From Alteromonadaceae bacterium (lineage in GTDB: Bacteria > Pseudomonadota > Gammaproteobacteria > Enterobacterales > Alteromonadaceae): a DNA stretch of 64,000 nt. The stretch lies in the NCBI GenBank assembly GCA_041583135.1, contig JBFHGJ010000001.1, positions 41,337-105,336 of the forward strand, in the 5' to 3' direction. The translations under genes and the position numbers were made by a program. The notes beneath the pieces are model-generated. The model had not been told where the DNA came from. It saw nothing but the letters and a program-made list of their open reading frames with translations, and searched no databases. Within the stretch, counting starts at the first letter, position 1. Each line of letters begins with the position of its first letter. This document shows positions 56,259 through 64,000 of this stretch, piece by piece.

Positions 56259-56840
56259 ATGGCAGATGCGGGAAAAGGCAAAGCAAAAGATAAAGCACCG
56301 GGTAAAGGTGAAGAACTGGAAATGGAAGAAAGCAGTGGTGGCGGCAAAAATAAGATGATACTTATTGCCGCTGCGGTTGGTCTTTTGGTGGTCGGTGGTG
56401 CCGGTGCCTACTTCTTGTTTGGTTCTGGTGACGACAGCGCTCAGCAGGCGTCTTTAGATGATGATACCGCGCAAGCCAGACCCGTGGAAAAAGTTGAATC
56501 CGATAGGGGCGTCAGTCCCGGCACTGCGCTCTATGTCGCCATGCCAAGACCGTTTGTTTTCAATGTACCCGGTTCGGTTAGAGATCGACTAGTACAGATC
56601 AAAGTACAATTGTTGGTGCGTGGCGATAGCGATGAAGAAGAAGCCAAACGCCACATCCCATTAATCGAAGGGGCCTTGCTTAAAACCTTCAGCTCAACCA
56701 ATGCCGATGATTTAGCGACTACCGCCGGAAAAGAGGCGCTTAAGGCCAAGTCGTTGCAAGATGTTCAGGAAACGATGGTGGAAGTGACCGGTAAGAAAAT
56801 TATCGAACGGGTCCTGTTTACCGGTTTCGTAATGCAATAA
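56259..56840 (+). CDS. fliL: flagellar basal-body-associated protein FliL
   Basis: Single TM helix, FliL size and position. Confidence 0.88.
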   Translation: MADAGKGKAKDKAPGKGEELEMEESSGGGKNKMILIAAAVGLLVVGGAGAYFLFGSGDDSAQQASLDDDTAQARPVEKVESDRGVSPGTALYVAMPRPFVFNVPGSVRDRLVQIKVQLLVRGDSDEEEAKRHIPLIEGALLKTFSSTNADDLATTAGKEALKAKSLQDVQETMVEVTGKKIIERVLFTGFVMQ

Positions 56841-56862
56841 TGTTAGTTTAAGTGGTGTAAGC

Positions 56863-57987
56863 GTGAGTGATTTACTGTCCCAAGACGAAATTGATGCCCT
56901 ATTACATGGGGTCGATGACGTTGATGAGGATGACGATGATGAGGAAGGTGGCTTTGATGGTGGTGGCGGACTAGGGTCTGAAAGCCCGGTCAACACCATC
57001 GACTATGATTTCTCGTCGCAAGATAGGATCGTCCGTGGTCGTATGCCGACCTTGGAGATCGTCAACGAGCGCTTTGCCCGTCACATGCGTATCAGTCTGT
57101 TCAACATGATGCGGCGCACCGCCGAGGTGTCCATCAATGGTGTGCAGATGATCAAATTCGGCGAATATGTGCATACCTTATTCGTCCCCACCAGTTTAAA
57201 CATGGTGCGTTTCAGACCGCTTAAAGGCACAGGGCTTTTGACCATGGAAGCGCGTTTGGTGTTTATCTTGGTGGATAACTTTTTCGGTGGCGACGGCCGC
57301 TACCACGCCAAAATCGAAGGTCGTGAGTTTACCCCGACCGAGCGACGTATCATTCAAATGTTGCTTAAGCTGATCTTTGAAGATTACAAAGAGGCTTGGG
57401 CACCGGTAATGGACGTATCGTTTGAATACCTCGACTCCGAGGTCAACCCGGCGATGGCCAACATCGTCAGTCCCACCGAGGTGGTGGTGATCAGCTCGTT
57501 TCATATTGAACTCGATGGCGGTGGCGGCGACTTCCATGTAGTCTTACCCTATTCGATGCTCGAACCTATCCGTGAACTGCTTGATGCCGGTGTACAGTCC
57601 GATAAGGAAGATACCGACATGCGCTGGTCTAAGGCGCTGCGCGATGAGATCATGGATGTCAAAGTGGATTTGTCCACCAAGTTTATCGAAACCGAATTGC
57701 CGCTGTCCAAAGTGATGGAGTTGCAGGCCGGCGATATCATTCATGTCGATATGCCTGAGCATGTGGTGCTGCTGGTTGAAGATTTGCCGACATACCGCGC
57801 CAAACTTGGGCGCTCGCGGGATAATATTGCGGTTAAGATCACCGAGAAAATTAAGCGTCCTGAATCTGTTAAATCCGAACTGCATGTCTTTACCAAAGGT
57901 GGTCGTCGTATTGACGATGACAGAGACATCGCGGTCTTGGAAGAAGATTTGGTATTAAATGACAATTCAGATGGGGAATGGCAATGA
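56863..57987 (+). CDS. fliM: flagellar motor switch protein FliM
   Basis: CheY-P binding N-terminus LSQDEIDALL, 374 aa. Confidence 0.94.
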   Translation: MSDLLSQDEIDALLHGVDDVDEDDDDEEGGFDGGGGLGSESPVNTIDYDFSSQDRIVRGRMPTLEIVNERFARHMRISLFNMMRRTAEVSINGVQMIKFGEYVHTLFVPTSLNMVRFRPLKGTGLLTMEARLVFILVDNFFGGDGRYHAKIEGREFTPTERRIIQMLLKLIFEDYKEAWAPVMDVSFEYLDSEVNPAMANIVSPTEVVVISSFHIELDGGGGDFHVVLPYSMLEPIRELLDAGVQSDKEDTDMRWSKALRDEIMDVKVDLSTKFIETELPLSKVMELQAGDIIHVDMPEHVVLLVEDLPTYRAKLGRSRDNIAVKITEKIKRPESVKSELHVFTKGGRRIDDDRDIAVLEEDLVLNDNSDGEWQ

Positions 57988-58388
57988 GTGATGATCAAGA
58001 TACAATGGACGAATGGGCAGCGGCCATGGCCGAGTCCGGCGACCTAGGTGAAGAAGATGAAGTCGAGGTTGAAACCGCAGAGCTTGAAGTGCTCAATGAA
58101 GACAAAGCGCCCATCAGCAACGAAGAAAAGCGTAAGCTTGATACCATATTAGATATTCCGGTGACCATTTCGATGGAAGTGGGCCGCTCTCAAATCAGTA
58201 TTCGTAACCTGTTGCAGCTCAATCAAGGCTCGGTGGTTGAGTTGGACCGGGTAGCTGGTGAGCCTTTGGATGTCATGATCAACGGCACTCTTATCGCCCA
58301 TGGTGAGGTGGTTGTGGTCAATGATAAGTTTGGTATTCGTCTGACCGATGTGATCAGTCAAACCGAACGTATTAAAAAATTGCGTTAA
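57978..58388 (+). CDS. fliN: flagellar motor switch protein FliN
   Basis: SpoA-type C-terminus (PVTISMEVGRSQISIRNLLQLNQGSVVELD). Confidence 0.93.
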   Translation: MAMSDDQDTMDEWAAAMAESGDLGEEDEVEVETAELEVLNEDKAPISNEEKRKLDTILDIPVTISMEVGRSQISIRNLLQLNQGSVVELDRVAGEPLDVMINGTLIAHGEVVVVNDKFGIRLTDVISQTERIKKLR

Positions 58389-58402
58389 TCCGAGGGACTT
58401 GC

Positions 58403-58894
58403 GTGTTGGGAAATCTTGCACCCTGGTGTCGTACCATCTGTTGGCGCCTATCGCTAGTGGCAATGATGCTGCTCTCACCGTCGCTTTGGGCCGCCAGTGA
58501 CACTGCTAAGGCGGCTGAGGCAGCAAAAGAGACTGGGACTACGGTCGGCGGTGTCGCTGGTAAAGGAGAATTGTCGGTGTTGCCGGTGATCTCCTCGCTA
58601 TTTGTGGTTATTGTGGTGATCCTGTTGCTGGCCTTGGCGGTCAAAAGGTTTAACTTGGGCTTTCCCGGCAGCAGGGCAATTAAAGTGGTTACCGCTTTGT
58701 CTTTGGGTGCCAAAGAGCGCTTGGTGGTGGTAGAGATCAACGGTAAGCAACATGTGCTGGGGGTGACGTCAAATCAGATCAACCACTTGCTGAGCTTGGA
58801 TGAACCACTTGAAAGCCAAGAGCACAGCCCACCTAGCGGTCAACAACCGCTGACCTTTCAAAAGATCCTCGAAAACCTGGGAAATAAAAAATGA
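58403..58894 (+). CDS. fliO: flagellar biosynthesis protein FliO
   Basis: Small membrane protein between fliN and fliP. Confidence 0.8.
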   Translation: MLGNLAPWCRTICWRLSLVAMMLLSPSLWAASDTAKAAEAAKETGTTVGGVAGKGELSVLPVISSLFVVIVVILLLALAVKRFNLGFPGSRAIKVVTALSLGAKERLVVVEINGKQHVLGVTSNQINHLLSLDEPLESQEHSPPSGQQPLTFQKILENLGNKK

Positions 58895-59634
58895 TTAAAT
58901 GGATAGTGGGCGCCTTGCTGCTTCTGTTTGTTCCAGACACTTTCGCCAATTTCGGCGTGCCAGCGGTCACTTTTACCGAAGGCGCCAATGGCCAGCAAGA
59001 GTACACTGTGACCTTGCAGGTTTTGGCTATCATGACGGCGCTGAGTTTTATCCCGGCAATGTTGATCATGATGACCTCTTTTACCCGCATCATTATCGTT
59101 TTGGCGATAATTCGACAGGCCATCGGTTTACAGCAGTCTCCGTCCAATCAAGTGCTTATCGGCATGTCTTTGTTTATGACCTTTTTTATTATGTCGCCGG
59201 TATTTAAGCAGATCAACGACCAAGCACTACAGCCTTATCTCAATGAAGAAATAAAGTCATTCGAGGCGTTAGAGGCCGCCAAAGTGCCCATAAAGGCTTT
59301 TATGCTGTCGCAAACTCGGGTCAAAGACTTGGCTACTTTTGCCGATATTGCCGGGCTTGAGCCGTTGAATTCGCCACAAGATGCGCCGCTGACCGTGGTC
59401 ATTCCTTCATTTATCACCAGTGAACTTAAAACCGCATTTCAAATCGGCTTTATGTTTTTTATTCCGTTTCTGATCATCGACTTGGTGGTCGCCAGTATTC
59501 TCATGGCCATGGGTATGATGATGCTCTCGCCAATGATAGTGTCCTTGCCCTTTAAGCTGATGCTGTTTGTATTGGTAGATGGCTGGGTGCTGGTGATGGG
59601 GTCTTTGGCGACCAGTTTCGGGCTTGGGACATAG
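58891..59634 (+). CDS. fliP: flagellar export-gate protein FliP
   Basis: Motifs [11 protein letters not shown] and [16 protein letters not shown]. Confidence 0.95.
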   Translation: MIKWIVGALLLLFVPDTFANFGVPAVTFTEGANGQQEYTVTLQVLAIMTALSFIPAMLIMMTSFTRIIIVLAIIRQAIGLQQSPSNQVLIGMSLFMTFFIMSPVFKQINDQALQPYLNEEIKSFEALEAAKVPIKAFMLSQTRVKDLATFADIAGLEPLNSPQDAPLTVVIPSFITSELKTAFQIGFMFFIPFLIIDLVVASILMAMGMMMLSPMIVSLPFKLMLFVLVDGWVLVMGSLATSFGLGT

Positions 59635-59643
59635 AGGTGAACG

Positions 59644-59913
59644 ATGACACCTGAGGTTTTTGTCGATGTTTTAAGTGACGCGCTGTTTTTGGTGATCATG
59701 CTGGTGGCGGTGGTGATCATGCCAAGCCTCATTGTCGGCTTGATAGTGGCGATATTTCAAGCGGCAACCTCAATCAATGAACAAACCTTGAGCTTTTTAC
59801 CGCGTTTGGTGGTGACCTTGCTGGCGTTGATATACGGCGGCCATTGGCTGACGGCGACGCTGATGGATTACACCATTGAGTTGGTGAGCCGGATCCCAAG
59901 TACGCTGGGCTAA
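59644..59913 (+). CDS. fliQ: flagellar export-gate protein FliQ
   Basis: 89 aa with two TM helices, gene order. Confidence 0.93.
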   Translation: MTPEVFVDVLSDALFLVIMLVAVVIMPSLIVGLIVAIFQAATSINEQTLSFLPRLVVTLLALIYGGHWLTATLMDYTIELVSRIPSTLG

Positions 59914-60693
59914 GTGATGCTGAATTATCCGTTAGATATTGTGATCCAATGGCTGGCGGATTTTCTGCTGCCTTTGGTGCGTATCTCGGCGATGCTTGGG
60001 GTGATGGCAGGCCTTGGGGCGAGAACGGTCCCCCTTAGAATAAAGTCAGCTTTGGCATTGGCTTTGACGGTGATGGTGGTGCCGGTGTTGCCGCCTTCGC
60101 CTTTTACCGAACTGTTTTCCTTTACCATGATCACTGTGGTGATCCAGCAAATGATCATTGGCATTATCATCGGTTTCGTGTCGGTGATGATGCTCAATAC
60201 CTTTGTGGTCGCCGGTCAAATTGTGGCAATGCAAACCGGTCTTGGTTTTGCTTCGATGGTCGATCCGGTCAACGGCCTTAATGTACCGGCGGTGGGCCAG
60301 TTTTATTTGATCTTGGCGACCTTGTTGTTCTGGGCTGTCGATGGTCATTTGGTGCTCATTAAGATGGTGGTGTTTTCTTTTCAAACCTTACCGATAGGCT
60401 CCGGCTGGCTCGATGTGCCCCATTATCGTGAGTTGGCCGAGTGGGGGAGTTGGATGTTTGCCACCGCCTTGGTGCTTTCATTGCCACCTCTGACTGCGAT
60501 GTTGTTGATTAACTTTACTTTTGGCGTTTTGACCCGAGCGGCACCTCAGCTCAATGTATTTACCATCGGTTTTCCTATTACCATGACATCAGGTTTGTTG
60601 ATCATGTATTTGACCTTGGAGAACTTTTCACTGCATTTTGACACCCAATGGCAACAGGCGTTGTTGTTGGCCTGTAAGATTGTCGGTTGTTAG
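59914..60693 (+). CDS. fliR: flagellar export-gate protein FliR
   Basis: 259-aa polytopic membrane protein, gene order. Confidence 0.92.
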   Translation: MMLNYPLDIVIQWLADFLLPLVRISAMLGVMAGLGARTVPLRIKSALALALTVMVVPVLPPSPFTELFSFTMITVVIQQMIIGIIIGFVSVMMLNTFVVAGQIVAMQTGLGFASMVDPVNGLNVPAVGQFYLILATLLFWAVDGHLVLIKMVVFSFQTLPIGSGWLDVPHYRELAEWGSWMFATALVLSLPPLTAMLLINFTFGVLTRAAPQLNVFTIGFPITMTSGLLIMYLTLENFSLHFDTQWQQALLLACKIVGC

Positions 60694-60702
60694 GGGAAAA
60701 CT

Positions 60703-61830
60703 ATGGCAGGTGATGACCAAGAACGCACAGAAGAACCCACACCCAAGAAGCTGGCCGACGCCAAAAAGAAAGGCCAGCTGCCTCGTTCTAAAGATTTAGG
60801 CACCGCTTTTGTGTTGGTGTTTAGCGCTGTGGCGATATTGGTGCAAGGCAAGGCCATGGGACTTGCGCTTGCGGAGGTGATGACAAGAACCTTGTCGCTC
60901 AATCGTGATGAAAGCTATGACACCACGAAGATGTTTGCCATCTGGGCGGAGGTGGGGCCGCAATTGGTGGCGCCATTGGCCACCATTTTCTTTATTATTT
61001 TGATGGCAGCCTTTGTCGGCAACAGTTTGCTTGGCGGATTTAACTTTTCATCCGAAGCGATGATGCCCAAAGCCAGTAAGCTCAATCCGGGCAAAGGTTT
61101 GGTGAGAATGTTTGGTCCGAAGGCCGCAGTTGAACTCGCTAAGTCGTTGCTTAAGTTTTTTACCGTCGCCGGCGTTGCCTACTTTATCTTAACAGCGTTC
61201 TTCATGGATATTTTGCACCTCGGTATTGAGCAGCTGCCGATGAATATCTATTCGGCGCTTGAAATGCTGGCTTGGGTGTTTTTTGCCATCAGTTGTAGTA
61301 CCTGCATCATTGCTTTGGTCGATGCGCCATATCAAATGCATACCCATACCAAGCAGCTGAGGATGACCAAGCAGGAGATCAAAGACGAATACAAAGATAC
61401 CGAAGGTAGCCCGGAGATCAAAGCGCGCATACGCCGTACGCAGCGAGAGATGTCGCAGCGTCGCATGATGTCCGATGTGCCTACCGCCGATGTCATCGTC
61501 ACTAACCCGACACACTATTCGGTGGCTATTAAATATGACCAAGATAGCCTGTCTGCGCCAATGGTGGTTGCGGCGGGTATCGATCAATTGGCGATGCATA
61601 TCCGTACTATTGCCAAAGAAAACGACGTGCCTATCATTCAATCGCCGATGTTGGCGCGCTCGTTGTATTACAACACCGAGGTTGGTGATGAGGTGCCGGA
61701 ACAGCTGTTTGTTGCCGTCGCCCAAGTTTTGGCATATGTCTACCAACTCGACCAGTTCAAAAGGCGCAAAGGTTCAAGGCCCAAGCCTTTGGCCAAAGAG
61801 CTGCCTATTCCACCTGATTTTAGGCGTTAA
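60703..61830 (+). CDS. flhB: flagellar export switch protein FlhB
   Basis: TEEPTPKKL N-terminus and the NPTH autocleavage motif (VTNPTHYSVAI). Confidence 0.95.
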   Translation: MAGDDQERTEEPTPKKLADAKKKGQLPRSKDLGTAFVLVFSAVAILVQGKAMGLALAEVMTRTLSLNRDESYDTTKMFAIWAEVGPQLVAPLATIFFIILMAAFVGNSLLGGFNFSSEAMMPKASKLNPGKGLVRMFGPKAAVELAKSLLKFFTVAGVAYFILTAFFMDILHLGIEQLPMNIYSALEMLAWVFFAISCSTCIIALVDAPYQMHTHTKQLRMTKQEIKDEYKDTEGSPEIKARIRRTQREMSQRRMMSDVPTADVIVTNPTHYSVAIKYDQDSLSAPMVVAAGIDQLAMHIRTIAKENDVPIIQSPMLARSLYYNTEVGDEVPEQLFVAVAQVLAYVYQLDQFKRRKGSRPKPLAKELPIPPDFRR

Positions 61831-61845
61831 ATCGGTGCCCTTGAA

Positions 61846-62063
61846 CCGCATTAATTGCCTTTTGGTGGTCGATGAAGGTTCGGTGGCGTTGGACGTCCAT
61901 GTTGATCATCCGCCATCCATAGCGGCGGTGCGCATAGCACACCCTACAAAATGATGAATGCAACGGGGTGCGCTGAGCGCACCGCCATCATGGATGATGG
62001 AGGTGCAACATATACGTTCGGTTCCACCGAAACCATCCCCATCATAAAAGGCAATTAATGCGG
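61846..62063. repeat. 218-bp imperfect palindrome with perfect 18-bp terminal inverted repeats (MITE/ERIC-like)
   Basis: CCGCATTAATTGCCTTTT at 61846-61863 and AAAAGGCAATTAATGCGG at 62046-62063. The inner arms are about 70% complementary. Confidence 0.8.
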
Positions 62064-62085
62064 GTCGTGTGCATCAAATCAATTG

Positions 62086-62101
62086 TGGCTCAATCCTTGC
62101 T
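62086..62101 (+). promoter_or_regulatory. sigma54 promoter of flhA
   Basis: TGGCTC-AATCC-TTGCT with GG-N10-GC spacing, about 50 nt upstream of GTG 62151. Confidence 0.6.
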
Positions 62102-62150
62102 AAACCATCAATAGTGTCAAAAATCCGTTGGGCGTAGTGAGGATTAACAG

Positions 62151-64000
62151 GTGGACTTAAAAGCACTTTTTGGTTCTATAGATAGAGAAAAAATGCGGCA
62201 TATCAAAGGTATAGGCACACCAATTATGGTGATGGCGACCTTGGGTATGGTGGTGTTACCGCTACCGGCATTTCTGCTGGACATTCTGTTTACTTTCAAC
62301 ATCGCGCTTGCGCTGATGGTGATGTTGGTGGTTATCTACACCATGAAACCGACCGAATTCGGTTCTTTTCCAACGGTGTTGCTGATAGCAACGGTGTTGC
62401 GTCTTGCGCTTAACGTCGCCAGTACCCGTGTTGTTTTACTTGAAGGCCACAATGGCCCGGAGGCCGCAGGTCAGGTTATCGCCGCGTTCGGTTCGGTGGT
62501 GATCGGCGGCAACTATGCCGTGGGTTTGGTGGTCTTTTTGATTTTGATCATCATCAACTTTGTGGTTATCACCAAAGGTGCCGGTAGGATATCTGAGGTA
62601 TCGGCCCGCTTTACGCTCGATGCGATGCCCGGTAAGCAAATGGCCATCGATGCCGACCTCAACGCCGGTTTTATCACAGCCGATGAAGCCCGTAAACGCC
62701 GTGAAGAGATCACCAATGAAGCGGATTTTTACGGTTCGATGGACGGTGCGTCAAAATTTGTGAAAGGTGATGCCATAGCCGGTATCGTTATCTTGGTGAT
62801 CAACGTGGTCGGTGGGTTGTTTATCGGCATGATACAGCATGATTTGCTGTTTGCCGATGCGATGGAGATCTACACCTTGTTGACCATTGGTGATGGTTTG
62901 GTGGCGCAAATTCCATCGCTTTTGCTTTCAATCGGTACCGCGATTGTCGTAACCCGTCAAAATTCTGAACAGAACATGGGCGAGCAGATGACCGGTCAGT
63001 TGCGCAACAACCGTGCTCTGTATATTTCTGCCTTTATCCTAATGATCATGGGGATTATCCCCGGCATGCCACACCTTGCCTTTTTGGGGATGGCTGCGCT
63101 TATTTTTGCCGTTGCCTATTATCCTGAATCGAAATGGGCGAAAGCATCGCCGAAACAAGAGCTGGCACAACAAAGTGCCGCCCTTGAAACCGCCGACTCT
63201 GCGCCAGTTGAACATAAAGAGATCAGCTGGGATGACGTGCAACATGTCGATGTTATCGGCCTTGAGGTCGGCTACCGCCTGATCCCCTTGGTGGACAAGT
63301 CGCAAGGTGGCGAGCTGCTCAATCGCATCAAAGGGGTGCGTAAGAAATTGTCTCAAGAGCTTGGCTTCCTTATTCCGCCGGTACACATTCGCGATAATCT
63401 CGACCTTGAGCCAAACACCTATCGTATTTCGCTAATGGGGGTTTCCAGCGGGGAGTCAGAATTACGTCACGATGCTGAGCTGGCGATTAACCCGGGTCAG
63501 GTATTTGGCAACATCGAAGGCATTGAAACCACCGATCCGGCCTTTGGCTTAGAGGCGGTGTGGATCAACGGCAATCAACGCGAGCACGCCCAGTCGCTTG
63601 GTTACACCGTGGTTGATGCTGCAACGGTTGTTGCGACCCACTTAAGCCAATTGCTGACCAATAATGCTGCCTTGCTGCTAGGTCATGAAGAAGTACAGAA
63701 CTTATTGGATATGTTGGAGAAAACCCATCCGAAACTGGTTGAAGGTCTGGTGCCGGATGTGATGCCGCTTACCTCAGTGGTCAAAGTGCTGCAAAACTTG
63801 TTATCTGAAGGCGTGCCTATCCGCGATATGCGCACCATTATTCAGACCTTGGTTGAGTACGGTCCTAAGAGCCAAGACCCAGAAGTGTTAACGGCTGCGG
63901 TTAGGATTGCGCTACGCAGATTGATCATTCAAGACGTGGTTGGCAGCGCCGATGAGATCCCTGTCATAACATTGACGCCTGAGTTGGAACAGATGTTGCA
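62151..64000 (+). CDS. flhA: flagellar export-gate protein FlhA (3' end beyond the window)
   Basis: Absent from the ORF track because no stop codon occurs before the window ends. GTG start 8 nt behind GAGGA. The translation includes PAFLLDILFTFNIALAL, ARFTLDAMPGKQMAIDADL and GDGLVAQIPSLLLS. Confidence 0.93.
   Translation, partial: MDLKALFGSIDREKMRHIKGIGTPIMVMATLGMVVLPLPAFLLDILFTFNIALALMVMLVVIYTMKPTEFGSFPTVLLIATVLRLALNVASTRVVLLEGHNGPEAAGQVIAAFGSVVIGGNYAVGLVVFLILIIINFVVITKGAGRISEVSARFTLDAMPGKQMAIDADLNAGFITADEARKRREEITNEADFYGSMDGASKFVKGDAIAGIVILVINVVGGLFIGMIQHDLLFADAMEIYTLLTIGDGLVAQIPSLLLSIGTAIVVTRQNSEQNMGEQMTGQLRNNRALYISAFILMIMGIIPGMPHLAFLGMAALIFAVAYYPESKWAKASPKQELAQQSAALETADSAPVEHKEISWDDVQHVDVIGLEVGYRLIPLVDKSQGGELLNRIKGVRKKLSQELGFLIPPVHIRDNLDLEPNTYRISLMGVSSGESELRHDAELAINPGQVFGNIEGIETTDPAFGLEAVWINGNQREHAQSLGYTVVDAATVVATHLSQLLTNNAALLLGHEEVQNLLDMLEKTHPKLVEGLVPDVMPLTSVVKVLQNLLSEGVPIRDMRTIIQTLVEYGPKSQDPEVLTAAVRIALRRLIIQDVVGSADEIPVITLTPELEQML

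Noticed and set aside
61475-61954. A 159-aa ORF spans the end of flhB and runs into the palindromic element.
   Set aside because: It is out of frame inside the well-supported flhB gene and continues into the inverted repeat. It has no ribosome-binding site and a Cys/Arg/Trp-rich composition typical of spurious frames.

Overview
This window is almost entirely a Vibrio/Alteromonadales-style polar flagellar locus from a roughly 45-50% GC gammaproteobacterium; I cannot name the species. All motif coordinates were counted by hand and may be off by 1-2 nt.

Gene order:
- a small hypothetical gene and murI
- flgT and flgP (divergent), then flgN-flgM-flgA on the minus strand
- cheV-cheR, flgBCDEFGHIJ, flgKL
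- four tandem 303-aa flagellin paralogs separated by unusually long non-coding spacers
- flaG-fliD-fliS and a fliT-like gene
- a ~12 kb flagellin glycosylation island: maf, a dioxygenase-like/GSCFA fusion gene, and a pseudaminic-acid-type operon (pseB, pseC, aldo-keto reductase, SpsF-like cytidylyltransferase, class-III aminotransferase, pseG/H fusion, pseI)
- a divergent short flagellin
- flrABC, fliEFGHIJ, two unknown envelope genes, fliKLMNOPQR, flhB, and the 5' ~1.85 kb of flhA, which runs off the window

Many sigma54 (GG-N10-GC) and sigma28 (TAAAGnnn-N11-GCCGATAA) promoters can be read directly from the sequence.

The parts ordinary annotation does not explain:
1. A signal-peptide/membrane gene pair wedged between fliJ and fliK.
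2. The dioxygenase-like/GSCFA fusion and an uncharacterised three-gene module in the sugar operon.
3. Sigma28 promoters in the flagellin spacers that lie far from any gene, some paired with terminators, which suggests small RNAs.
4. A structure-conserving direct repeat, and a C/A-rich degenerate repeat array split by a hairpin-rich insert.
5. A 218-bp MITE-like palindrome between flhB and flhA.

I saw no CRISPR array, cas gene, transposase, integrase, rRNA or tRNA.
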